Part shown: positions 50,347 through 62,521 of the stretch, piece by piece
How positions within the stretch are numbered: the first letter of the stretch is position 1
Layout: each line of letters starts with the position of its first letter
From: a bacterium
GTDB taxonomy: Bacteria > UBA8248
Direction: 5' to 3'
Assembly: GCA_965225985.1 (NCBI GenBank)
Contig: OZ245330.1
Location: 2,010,019-2,074,018, forward strand
DNA: 64,000 nucleotides
Translations under genes and position numbers: made by a program
Notes under the pieces: generated by a model
Databases searched by the model: none
Told to the model about the DNA's origin: nothing
What the model saw: the letters and a program-made list of their open reading frames with translations, nothing else

Positions 50347-51416
50347 GGGAGGCGGCGAAGGCGCGAATCCGTATACTGCTCCTCGGGCTGGTTATTTTAC
50401 CGCTGGCGGCCGGCGGTGCCGGGCGGCCGGGCGCCTGGGCCGCCTCCGGCGAGGTCAACCTTTACTCCTACCGCCAGCCGTTCCTCATCAAACCCATCAT
50501 CGACGCCTTCACCAAGCAGACGGGGATTCGGGTGAATATCGCCTATGTGCGAAAAGGCATGCTGGAAAAAATCAGGATGTCGCCGGGGGCAGTGGACGCC
50601 GTATTGACTTCCGACGTCGGAAGCCTGAATGACATGGGCGAGGCGGGACTTCTCCAATCCGTAAAATCGGAAATTCTGGAAAGAAATGTTCCGCCCCAGT
50701 TCCGGCATCCCGGCGGGCGCTGGTTCGGGTTGACGGTCCGGGGCCGTGTCATTTTCGCGAGCAAGGACCGGGTGGCGCCGGGCGAGGTGGCGACCTACGA
50801 GGATCTCGCCCATCCCAGGCTGTGCGGGCGCCTTTGCATGCGCTCCGGGAAGCACGTCTACAACGTATCACTGATCGCCTCCATCATCGCCCACAAGGGA
50901 GAGGCCGCCGCGCGGGAATGGCTCCGGGGGATGAGCGCCAACCTGGCCCGAAAGCCGGGGGGGAACGACCGCACCCAGGCCAAGGCGATTTATTCCGGCC
51001 AGTGCGACGTGGCCGTGGGGAACACCTACTACATGGGCAAGATGGCGACGAACGACAAAAAGCCCGAGCAGAAAAAATGGGCCGCGGCCATCCGCCTGGT
51101 TTTTCCCAACCAAGGCGGCCGGGGCATCCATGTGAACATCAGCGGCGGGGCCGTTACCCGCGGGGCCCGGAACCGGGAAGGCGCCATTCGGCTTCTTGAA
51201 TTCCTCAGCGACGATTCTGCCCAGAAGCTCTATGCCGAGCAAAATTTCGAGTACCCGGTGAAGCCCGGCGTCGAAGTCCACCGGCGGGTGAAGTCCTGGG
51301 GCGCCTTCAAGGCCGACTCGATCCGCCTGTCCGCCGTGGCGGAGTACCGGGCGGCCGCCTCGAGGCTGCTCGACCAGGTCGACTTCAACAACTATCGCAA
51401 GCGAAAAAGCAACTAG
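50343..51416 (+). CDS. fbpA: Fe(3+) ABC transporter substrate-binding protein (FbpA/AfuA-like)
   Basis: Signal peptide plus ferric-binding protein fold segments (NLYSYRQP...Y...Y). Start overlaps the regulator stop. Confidence 0.75.
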   Translation: MREAAKARIRILLLGLVILPLAAGGAGRPGAWAASGEVNLYSYRQPFLIKPIIDAFTKQTGIRVNIAYVRKGMLEKIRMSPGAVDAVLTSDVGSLNDMGEAGLLQSVKSEILERNVPPQFRHPGGRWFGLTVRGRVIFASKDRVAPGEVATYEDLAHPRLCGRLCMRSGKHVYNVSLIASIIAHKGEAAAREWLRGMSANLARKPGGNDRTQAKAIYSGQCDVAVGNTYYMGKMATNDKKPEQKKWAAAIRLVFPNQGGRGIHVNISGGAVTRGARNREGAIRLLEFLSDDSAQKLYAEQNFEYPVKPGVEVHRRVKSWGAFKADSIRLSAVAEYRAAASRLLDQVDFNNYRKRKSN

Positions 51417-51516
51417 GCAGTCTCCGGATTCGGGCGCGGGACGCCGCCTCGGCGGCTGCTGCGCCCGTATTTCATAGCAGCGCGCGGAAGGGCGGCAAGA
51501 GGGCGGGAAAGAATCA

Positions 51517-53223
51517 ATGGCTGCGGCGGAAGGTACAATCCGGGCATGGGGGGGGCGGTTCATCGGCCTCCGCCCCGACCCCTGGAGCCTCGGCGTCTTC
51601 CTGGTCGCCGCCCTCATCGCGGCCCCGCTCGCAGCGGTGGTTTTCCTCGCCCTCTCCCCCAGCGGCGGCATCTGGGGCCATCTGCTCTCCACCGTTCTTC
51701 CCCGCTACGTCCGGACCACGCTGGGCCTGATGCTGGGCGCGGGGCTGGGAACCCTGGTCATCGGAGCGGGGACCGCCTGGCTCGTCACCCTCTGCCGGTT
51801 TTCCGGACGGCGGATCTTCGAGTGGGCGCTCCTTCTGCCCCTGGCCATGCCCACCTACGTGGTCGCCTACGTGTACACAGATCTTCTCGAGTTTGCGGGG
51901 CCCGTCCAGGGATGGCTGCGCGAGGCGTTCGGCTGGACAACGGGCCGGGACTACTGGTTTCCGGAGATCCGCTCGCTGGGCGGCGCCATTTCCATGATGA
52001 CGCTCGTCCTGTATCCCTATGTCTATCTTTTGGCGCGGGTTGCGTTTTCGGAGCAATCCGTCTGCGCTCTGGAGGTGAGCCGCACCCTCGGGCGGGGCCC
52101 CTGGCGCGGGTTTTTTACGATCGCGCTGCCGCTCGCCCGTCCCGCCATCGTCATCGGGGTAAGCCTCGTCCTGATGGAGGCGCTCAACGATTTCGGAACG
52201 GTGGATTTTTTCGCCGTCGAAACGATGACGACCGGCATCTACGACGTGTGGCTCAACATGAACAGCATCTCCGGCGCGGCCCAAATGGCCGTCGTCACCC
52301 TTGCCTTCGTCGCGGTATTGATCGGCGCGGAGCGATGGGCCCGGCGCGGCCAGCGCTATTACCAAACCAGCTCGAAATCCCGTGATCTGCCGAGCTACCG
52401 CCTCGCGGGCGGGCGGGCGCTGCTCGCCTTTCTCGCCTGCCTGCTCCCCATCGCCCTGGGCTTCCTGCTTCCGGCGGGCGTACTTTTCCGGTTCGCCCTG
52501 CGCTTTTATGAAGACACCCTTTCGGGTGATTTTTTCGTTTTTGTCCGGAACAGCCTGACCCTTTCCCTGACCAGCGCCCTCCTCGCCGTCGCGGTCGGGC
52601 TTTTCCTGGCCTACGGTGTGCGGCAGAGCGGAACGCGCGCCCTCAAGGCGGCTTCCCGGATTTCGAGCATCGGCTACGCCGTGCCGGGAGCCGTCCTGGC
52701 GGTAGGGGTGATGATCCCGCTCGCCCGGCTCGACGCCGCCCTCGGCGCCGTAACAGAAAGCATTTCCGGCGCCCCGGCGGGGTTTGTCCTGAGCGGGACG
52801 ATCTTCGCGGTCACCTATGGCTATCTGGTCCGCTTCCTGGCCCTCTCGTACGGCACCTCGGAGGCGAGCCTGGCCAAGGTGACCCCCAGCATGGACGGCG
52901 CCGCGCGAACGCTGGGCCTGGGACCTTTCCAGACCCTCCGCCGGGTCCATTTTCCCCTCATCCGGAGGAGCGTCCTCGCCGCCGGAATCCTGGTCTTCGT
53001 CGATTGCATGAAAGAGCTTCCGATGACGATCATCCTCCGCCCTTTCAACTATGAAACGCTGGCCACCTCCGTCCACCAGTTCGCTTCCGACGAACTGCTG
53101 GAGGAGGCCGCGCTGGGCGCGCTGACGATCGTGGCGGCGGGCATTCTGCCGGTCATTTTGCTCAGCGCCGCCATCCGGAAGCCGCGCCCCGGCCCGGGCG
53201 CCCGCGGGGGGGCCTGGGGGTGA
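51517..53223 (+). CDS. fbpB: Iron ABC transporter permease (two-domain FbpB-like)
   Basis: 568 aa with duplicated 6-TM BPD_transp_1 domains carrying the EAA-like loop. Confidence 0.8.
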   Translation: MAAAEGTIRAWGGRFIGLRPDPWSLGVFLVAALIAAPLAAVVFLALSPSGGIWGHLLSTVLPRYVRTTLGLMLGAGLGTLVIGAGTAWLVTLCRFSGRRIFEWALLLPLAMPTYVVAYVYTDLLEFAGPVQGWLREAFGWTTGRDYWFPEIRSLGGAISMMTLVLYPYVYLLARVAFSEQSVCALEVSRTLGRGPWRGFFTIALPLARPAIVIGVSLVLMEALNDFGTVDFFAVETMTTGIYDVWLNMNSISGAAQMAVVTLAFVAVLIGAERWARRGQRYYQTSSKSRDLPSYRLAGGRALLAFLACLLPIALGFLLPAGVLFRFALRFYEDTLSGDFFVFVRNSLTLSLTSALLAVAVGLFLAYGVRQSGTRALKAASRISSIGYAVPGAVLAVGVMIPLARLDAALGAVTESISGAPAGFVLSGTIFAVTYGYLVRFLALSYGTSEASLAKVTPSMDGAARTLGLGPFQTLRRVHFPLIRRSVLAAGILVFVDCMKELPMTIILRPFNYETLATSVHQFASDELLEEAALGALTIVAAGILPVILLSAAIRKPRPGPGARGGAWG

Positions 53224-54299
53224 GCGGATTCTCCCTCGAGGGCGTCTCCCACGCCTTCGGCGACCACCAGATCATCCGGAACGTTTCCCTCGCCGTCCGG
53301 GCGGGCGAGATCGTTTGCCTCCTTGGGCCGTCGGGCTGCGGCAAAACCACCCTGCTCCGGCTGGCCGCCGGCCTCGAGCCGCTGCAAAAGGGACGCGCCG
53401 TGATCGGGGACGCCGTGGCCGCCGATGCGGGCCTGGGCGCGGAAACGCCGCCCGAGAGGCGCGGCGTCGGGCTCATGTTTCAGGATTACGCCCTCTTTCC
53501 GCATCTGACCGTTTTCGAGAACATCATCTTCGGGGTGGCCGGCGCCGGGCCGGGAAAGCTACAGGCGGTGGAGATGGCGATGGCCCGGATGGGGATCGAC
53601 GGCCTTCGGGACGCTTATCCCCACACCCTCTCGGGCGGCCAGCAGCAGCGGGTGGCCCTCCTCCGCGCCCTGGCGCCCGAGCCTCGGGTCCTCTTGCTCG
53701 ACGAGCCCTTCTCGGACCTCGACGTGGACCTCCGCGCCCAGGTCCGCGAGGAAACCCTCGGCCTTCTCAAGGAGACAGGGATTGCCACGCTGATGGTGAC
53801 GCACGATCCGGAAGAGGCCATGTTCATGGGGGACCGGATTCTGGTGATGAACCGGGGCCGTATCGAACAGACCGGAACGCCCCGGGAAATTTACCAGTTT
53901 CCCGCCACGGAATTCGTCGCCCGCTTCGTGGGGCGGACCAACATCCTTTCGGGCATCATCCTCGATCCGGGCTACGACGAGGTGATGACCTCGATCGGCC
54001 CAATCCCCTGCCTGTCGATGCGGGAGCTGCAAACGGGGACGGACGCCTTCATTTCGATCCGGCCTGAGAGCTTTGAGATCAATATGTCGGGCCCCTTCAC
54101 CGCCAAGGTGTGCCAGACCTCTTACGTGGGAAAGTCTCTGGCCCTCGTGGTGGAGATTCTCGGCGAGATCGGAACCGGCCGGCGTCTTTTCGTGAACGCC
54201 AACCCGAACCAGCGGATCGACGTGGGGGAGGAGATCCGGTTTCGGGTCATTCCCGATTTCGTGACCGTGATCGAAGACCCTATGCCGAACGGGGAATAA
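53220..54299 (+). CDS. fbpC: Iron ABC transporter ATP-binding protein (FbpC-like)
   Basis: Walker A GPSGCGKTT, signature LSGGQQQRVAL, Walker B LLLDEPFSDLD, and a C-terminal TOBE-like domain. Confidence 0.85.
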   Translation: MSGFSLEGVSHAFGDHQIIRNVSLAVRAGEIVCLLGPSGCGKTTLLRLAAGLEPLQKGRAVIGDAVAADAGLGAETPPERRGVGLMFQDYALFPHLTVFENIIFGVAGAGPGKLQAVEMAMARMGIDGLRDAYPHTLSGGQQQRVALLRALAPEPRVLLLDEPFSDLDVDLRAQVREETLGLLKETGIATLMVTHDPEEAMFMGDRILVMNRGRIEQTGTPREIYQFPATEFVARFVGRTNILSGIILDPGYDEVMTSIGPIPCLSMRELQTGTDAFISIRPESFEINMSGPFTAKVCQTSYVGKSLALVVEILGEIGTGRRLFVNANPNQRIDVGEEIRFRVIPDFVTVIEDPMPNGE

Positions 54300-54319
54300 A
54301 AAAACGGCCTCCCCCGGCC
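54298..54319 (-). terminator. Rho-independent terminator-like hairpin downstream of the LLM oxidoreductase gene
   Basis: On the minus strand, GGCCGGGGGAGGCC hairpin followed by TTTTTTT. Lies between convergent fbpC and LLM genes. Confidence 0.35.
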
Positions 54320-54367
54320 AGCCCCCTCGGAAACCGGCCAAACTGCGCCGCCCGTGCCTCCTCCCCC

Positions 54368-55411
54368 CTAACTCCGCACTCCCTGGCGGACCAGGGGGAA
54401 GACCTCCTCGGCGAGCATTTGCATGGCTTCGAGGGTCAGGGCGTGGGACATGCCCGGTTGCTGGATGTTGAGCACGATGTGGTTCACATCCAGCATCTCG
54501 ATGAGGCGGATGATCTGCCCGGCCACTTCCTCGGGCGAGCCCAGCAGGAAGCGATCCTCCATCAGCTCCTCGAAGGGAACGGCGAAGTTGTTGTCCCCCT
54601 CGGGCATGGCCTTGTCCTGCCCCCACTGGTGGTAGGTCTTGTACTTCATCTCGAGCGAGGGCCGGCTCAGGCGGATGGCGTCCTCCCGGGTCCGCGCCAC
54701 GAAGACATCCCGCCGGATGGGCATCTCCGCCGGGTAGGGTTTTCCGCACCTGTCCAGGGCGTTCTTGTACAGTTCGATTTGCCGCTCCAGGGTGTCCGCG
54801 CGCACGTGGGGGTTGATGAACCAGCAGTCGCCGATCTCGGCCGCCCGCACGATTCCGGGGTCGCTGTCCGCCCCCACCCAGATGGGGGGGTACGGCTTTT
54901 GAACCGGCTTGAGGGAGCAGGAGGCGCCCTCAAGCGTAAAGTGTGAGCCCTTCATGTCCACCTTCTCCTCCGTCCAGAGCCGCTTGATGGCCTCGAGATT
55001 CTCCAGAAGGCGGGGGACGCGCTCCCGCTGGGTGGTTCCGCAGGCCTTGAACTCCACCTCCCGGTAGCCCAGCCCGATCCCGAAGACCATCCGCCCGCCC
55101 GTCATCACGTCCAGAGAGGCGATCTCCTCGGCCACCTGGAGGGGGTTATGGAGGGGGAGGAGCACGATGCCCGCGATCAGCCGGAGCGTCGGGGCCTCGG
55201 CCGCCACCCGGGCGAGGAAGGGGAGCTGCTGAAACATCTGAAGCGGATGGGAGCTGAGGTGCGAGCCCTTCGTGATGGAGGCGTAGCCCCATTTTTCGGC
55301 GGCGCGGGCCTGCTCCACCAGCTCACCGAAGCGGGCCTGCATGTCCTCTCCCGGAGGAAACTGGGCGCGGAACGTGTAGCCGAACTGCATAAAAATCTCC
55401 TTCGAACTCAA
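54368..55411 (-). CDS. LLM class flavin-dependent oxidoreductase (luciferase-like monooxygenase)
   Basis: 347 aa resembling luciferase-like monooxygenases (FGIGLGY, TIM-barrel). Confidence 0.75.
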   Translation of the reverse strand: MSSKEIFMQFGYTFRAQFPPGEDMQARFGELVEQARAAEKWGYASITKGSHLSSHPLQMFQQLPFLARVAAEAPTLRLIAGIVLLPLHNPLQVAEEIASLDVMTGGRMVFGIGLGYREVEFKACGTTQRERVPRLLENLEAIKRLWTEEKVDMKGSHFTLEGASCSLKPVQKPYPPIWVGADSDPGIVRAAEIGDCWFINPHVRADTLERQIELYKNALDRCGKPYPAEMPIRRDVFVARTREDAIRLSRPSLEMKYKTYHQWGQDKAMPEGDNNFAVPFEELMEDRFLLGSPEEVAGQIIRLIEMLDVNHIVLNIQQPGMSHALTLEAMQMLAEEVFPLVRQGVRS

Positions 55412-55445
55412 TCCTGCTTAGATGGCGGCGACGCGCCACCGGAGG

Positions 55446-56116
55446 CTATTTTAGAACCGGCGCGAAGGTCGTCTCCTTCAACAGCTTCCCGCTCTGGAAA
55501 GAGAAGCTCTTTCCCTTCGAGTAATACCACCAGATGTCGATGTCCGGCGCGTTTCCTTTTTTCGTTATCTCCTCCGCGATGCCGTACTTGCGGATCACGC
55601 GGGCCTTGGGCGAGGCGGGAGAGTGCTTGTTGAGGGTCTCCTGGACGTTGGGCCAACTGCCATGGATCGAGAGGCGAAAATCGAAGAGCATCCAGCGGGT
55701 CCGGAGGACGCGCTGGGTGATGTCGATCCGGAGCGGGCGGGAGTAGAGCACGTCGTCGAACCGTCCGCCTTCATAAAAGCTCAGATAGTATTTCGGTTTT
55801 CTCCGGCCGGCAGAAATCTCCAGCCGGTAGGAGCCGTCCGGCGAGGTGTCCGCCGAGGCAACGATCTCCACTTGGTCGGCGTCCAGGCGGGGGTCCCGCG
55901 AAACCGGCTTCTCCGCCGCGAGGATTCGTACCGGGATATTTCCTACCGGAATATTTTCCGAGTCGAGAACGATGCCGGCCACGGCGAAGGAAGGGCCTTC
56001 GGGGGGCGGCGCCCCGCCGCCCTTCTGCCCTCCCCCGCCGCCGGGGGGCCCTGCGGCGCATCCTGCGGCCAGGGAGAGCGCGGCGACGAGCGCCCAGCGG
56101 CGCGAGATCAGCCGCC

Positions 56117-56120
<4 letters not shown>
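55446..56120 (-). CDS. Hypothetical lipoprotein, translationally coupled to secA
   Basis: Lipobox ([10 protein letters not shown]) followed by a Gly/Pro-rich linker. Start ATG overlaps the secA stop (ATGA). Confidence 0.5.
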
Positions 56121-58939
<2,819 letters not shown>

Positions 58940-59077
58940 GGACTACTCCCAAGCTCCCGCCCTTGAAGAACGATGGGCCGGAAAGTCGAGCTGATTGACA
59001 TCAGAAAGATTACCACGGCGAAAGGAAGGCGACAATTCTTTGAATGGATTATACCGGCAAACAGCGGACGGGGAAGG

Positions 59078-60001
59078 TCAATTCCTAGCGAGCAGGTTGT
59101 CCACAATGTAGAGCATGGGGTTTACGGCGATTCTGTTGAGGCGGACTTCGTAGTGAAGATGCGGGCCCGTTGATCTGCCCGTGCTGCCGACCGTGGCGAT
59201 GATGTCGCCCCGGCGGACGCGCTGGCCCCGCTTGACGAGGTTCTTGGTGTTATGGGCGTAGCGGGTGATGATTCCCTGGGTGTGCCGGATCTCGACGACT
59301 TTCCCGTACCCTCCTTCCCTGCCCGTTTTGATTACCACACCGTCGGCGGAGGCGGTGACTGGCTGTCCTTTCCGCGCCACGATGTCGATGCCGGCGTGGA
59401 ATTCCCGGCGGTTGGTGAAAAGCGATTTCCGGTTGCCGAACCCCGAGGTCAGCCATCCCCGGACGGGGGATATGGAAGGTGTGTGGGCGAGGAGAACCCG
59501 CTTTTTCCGGAATTCGCGAATCAACTCGGCCAACGCGCTTTTCCGGCCGGAGGCGCGCTTTTCAAGGTCCGCGAACTGCCGGTTCAAACGCGTTACGAGC
59601 CGGCGCTCTGAGGGTTGGAGCCCTTCGATGGGCGGGAGTTCCTCCTGGCCCACGCCGCCCACGCCGAAATCGTCAGACCCCTCCCTCGGCCGGATGGAAG
59701 CCATGATCCGAAGCTGTTCCTCCAGCTTCCGGAGTTGGAGGAGATTTTTGTCCACATCCTGAAGACGGGTGTTGAATTGCTCGAGAACCGCCCGTTGGGA
59801 GCGGGCCTGTTCCTGGAGAGGGGCCAGGCGCCCCAGTTGCCGCACCAGGTTCACCCGATCGAGAAAAATCCAGGTGCTGCTCCCGGCCAGGGTCAAGATA
59901 ACGAGCAGGCCAAGCCAAAGCGTCCGCTTTGTGATCCCGAAGCGGAGCGCGCCACTCTTTTCATTTGGAATAATGAGAACAGTATAGTTCTTCCCAGGCA
60001 A
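59078..60001 (-). CDS. M23 family murein endopeptidase with an N-terminal coiled-coil (EnvC/MepM-like)
   Basis: N-terminal TM segment plus coiled-coil. C-terminal LytM domain (HAGIDIV...HLHYEV). Confidence 0.8.
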   Translation of the reverse strand: MPGKNYTVLIIPNEKSGALRFGITKRTLWLGLLVILTLAGSSTWIFLDRVNLVRQLGRLAPLQEQARSQRAVLEQFNTRLQDVDKNLLQLRKLEEQLRIMASIRPREGSDDFGVGGVGQEELPPIEGLQPSERRLVTRLNRQFADLEKRASGRKSALAELIREFRKKRVLLAHTPSISPVRGWLTSGFGNRKSLFTNRREFHAGIDIVARKGQPVTASADGVVIKTGREGGYGKVVEIRHTQGIITRYAHNTKNLVKRGQRVRRGDIIATVGSTGRSTGPHLHYEVRLNRIAVNPMLYIVDNLLARN

Positions 60002-60226
60002 TTTTCCGTCCCTGTGCGGTTGGTTTTAGACCGAAGAACACGCGTACCCAAAACGAAGGGCAGCTACCGCTTCCCCCTGAGAATTTTCAAAACATTTTCA
60101 CTCTCGACACCCATCCCCACGCTACGATCAAAACCATATCATGGGGGGCAAAAATGTGTAAATATGTTTGTGCGCCCGCATGCCGTGTATCAAGTAAACT
60201 ATTTATAAATCAATATGTTATTAATC

Positions 60227-61054
60227 CTACATCACCACTCCGGAATCCACCAGAAGCGCCTGCCCGGTGATGGTCCGGGCGTCGTCGCTTGCCAGGAAAG
60301 CGACCACCCTGCCGATATCCTCGGGCGTCTGCTCCATCCCCAGCGGGGTCATCGCGACGAAGCGATCGAAAACTTCGCGCGGAGAGAGCCCTGCGAATGA
60401 AGGATCTTTTTCCCGGTAGAGGCTTCCGAGCGTCTCCCACATCGTGCTCCAAATCAGGCCGGGACAAACCGCGTTCACGGTAATTGCCTCTTCCGCAAGC
60501 TCTCGCGCAAGCGCCTGGGTAAAGCTGATGACGGCCGCCTTACTCGCGCTATAGTGGGGAATGGGCGGGCGGGCGTACCGCCCGGCGCGGGACGAAATAT
60601 TGATGACTCTTCCGCCTTTTTGGGCCTTGAGCACGGGGGCGGCGCTGCGGCACATGAAAAATACGCCCTTTACGTTCACATTGTAGGTCGCGTCCCAGTC
60701 CGCTTCGGAGATGTCCGAAAGCGGCGGGCCCAGCTTGAACCCTGGGCCGCCGATCACGCCCGCATTGTTCACCAGCGTGTGGAGCCCCCCGAGCTCATCA
60801 CAGACCCGTTCCACGGCGGCTTGGCAGGAAGCCTCGCTCGTGACGTCGCAGGCGAGGGAAATTCCCCCCGCTCCCATCGCCTTCGCCTCGCGCATCCCCT
60901 CCTCGGCCGCCTCGAGGGAAATGTCGGCGAGGGCGAGTGTCATCCCCTCTTCGGCAAGGCAGCGGGCGATCCCGCGGCCGATTTTCCCGCCGGCGCCCGT
61001 GATGAGGGCCACTCTGCCCTCCAGCCCCCTTGAGCGAAGCTCTCGCGGCGACAT
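60227..61054 (-). CDS. SDR family oxidoreductase
   Basis: TGAGGKIG Rossmann motif, NNAG motif and YxxxK (YSASK) catalytic motif. Confidence 0.8.
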   Translation of the reverse strand: MSPRELRSRGLEGRVALITGAGGKIGRGIARCLAEEGMTLALADISLEAAEEGMREAKAMGAGGISLACDVTSEASCQAAVERVCDELGGLHTLVNNAGVIGGPGFKLGPPLSDISEADWDATYNVNVKGVFFMCRSAAPVLKAQKGGRVINISSRAGRYARPPIPHYSASKAAVISFTQALARELAEEAITVNAVCPGLIWSTMWETLGSLYREKDPSFAGLSPREVFDRFVAMTPLGMEQTPEDIGRVVAFLASDDARTITGQALLVDSGVVM

Positions 61055-61058
61055 GGGA

Positions 61059-61463
61059 TTATTTTTCGCCTCTTCCGAATCCGGTCATGGTGTGGCCCGA
61101 GGCGACCCAATCTTCGTACACCTTCAGCGATTCGAGAACGCTCGGCGCGCCGATGTAGGTGGCCATCTGAAAAACGACCTCCAGGATCTCTTTCTCTTCG
61201 GCCCCATAATTGTGCGCGGCGGTGAAGTGGGCCCGAAGTTGCAAGGTTTTTCCCGTTACGACCAGGGCGGCGATCGCGCACAACTCCCGGACCTTGTGGG
61301 AGAGGACTTCCCGCTCATAGAGACCGCCGTGGAAAAAGCGCTGGAAGAGCATCGATATTTCCGGGTCGAGCTTGTTCAGCCTCCCGAAAAGCCCCTTCCC
61401 GTACCCTTCTCCGTACTGGATATCGGATCGCCGGATGGCCGGCTCATAAAACTCCTCCGCCAT
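61059..61463 (-). CDS. Carboxymuconolactone decarboxylase (CMD/AhpD-like) family protein
   Basis: 134 aa with a CMD-domain helix pattern and conserved Cys/His context (CAIAALVVTG...HFTAAHNYG). Confidence 0.7.
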   Translation of the reverse strand: MAEEFYEPAIRRSDIQYGEGYGKGLFGRLNKLDPEISMLFQRFFHGGLYEREVLSHKVRELCAIAALVVTGKTLQLRAHFTAAHNYGAEEKEILEVVFQMATYIGAPSVLESLKVYEDWVASGHTMTGFGRGEK

Positions 61464-61549
61464 TCAATTTCCCCCTAATGGATGAGACACAGATTCAGGA
61501 AAGGGCGCCGCCGGCCCCGTTTCCCGCGGCGGCCCTTTTTTCGGGCGCG

Positions 61550-62473
61550 TCACGCGGCCACGAGTTTGTTCTTCAACTGGCCCAGTCCCCCGACCTCGAC
61601 CACGACCTCATCCCCCACCTGAAGATAGGAGGGGGTATCCATCGCATAGCCCACCCCGGCGGGGGTCCCCGTCATGATGATGTCCCCCGGCTCCAGCGTG
61701 AGCCCCTCCGACAGAACGGAGATGATTTTCGGAATGCCGTGGATCATGGTGGCCGTGCTGGCGTTTTGCCGCAGCTCGCCGTTCACCCAGCTTTTCACCG
61801 TCACGTTCATCGGGTCGCCGAAGTCCTCTTTCGGGATGATGTACGGCCCCATCGGGCCGGATCCGTCGAGGGTCTTCCCCTTATAAATCTGCTTGTGTCT
61901 TCGCTGCAGGTCGCGGGCCGATATGTCGTTTCCGCAGCAATACCCGAAGACGTGATCGTAGGCGCGGCCTTCCGGAATGTTGATCCCCTTGTCACCGATG
62001 ATGACGCTAAGCTCCACCTCGTAGTCATAGTGGTCGCTGCAGGAGTGCTTGGGAATGTCCGCTTCATGGCCGATCAGGGTGCTGGCCGCTTTGGTGAAGA
62101 AAATGGGGTGATCCACCTCAATCTTCGCGCGGCTGAACTCCTTCGCCTTTGTTCCTTCCTCTTCGTGCTCCTTGTAGTTCAGGCCCAGGCACATCACGTT
62201 TTTCGGCGGGTCGGGGATGGGCGGAAGAAACGCCACCGCGGCGGGATCCATCAGAATGGGAGCGAGCTCGGCGGCCTTCTTCTCCGCGTCGCGCAAAAGC
62301 GCGTGGAGGGCGGGGCCCAATTCCGCCCATCTTCCGATCAAGGCGCGCATGGAAGGGGCGTCCGCCTCGGCGCGGCCCATCACCCCCGCCAGGCGGCTGA
62401 GGTGGGCGATTTTATCCCCCACATACACCCCCACGCGCTTCAGTCCCCGGTATTCGTAGGTCAATAGTTTCAC
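61550..62473 (-). CDS. Fumarylacetoacetate hydrolase (FAH) family protein
   Basis: 307 aa with FAH-fold metal-binding residues (E..E..D) in a HpcE/2-keto-4-pentenoate-hydratase-like arrangement. Confidence 0.8.
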   Translation of the reverse strand: MKLLTYEYRGLKRVGVYVGDKIAHLSRLAGVMGRAEADAPSMRALIGRWAELGPALHALLRDAEKKAAELAPILMDPAAVAFLPPIPDPPKNVMCLGLNYKEHEEEGTKAKEFSRAKIEVDHPIFFTKAASTLIGHEADIPKHSCSDHYDYEVELSVIIGDKGINIPEGRAYDHVFGYCCGNDISARDLQRRHKQIYKGKTLDGSGPMGPYIIPKEDFGDPMNVTVKSWVNGELRQNASTATMIHGIPKIISVLSEGLTLEPGDIIMTGTPAGVGYAMDTPSYLQVGDEVVVEVGGLGQLKNKLVAA

Positions 62474-62521
62474 GAAACCCCTCCTCTCTGTTTCTCCGGA
62501 TGTTCTGGATTCCCCTGGTTT

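Noticed and set aside
60155-60271. 38-aa Cys-containing ORF (MCKYVCAPACRV...) in the low-GC spacer before the SDR gene.
   Set aside because: It overlaps the 3' end of the SDR gene on the opposite strand. It has no RBS or repeated Cys motif, so it is likely fortuitous.
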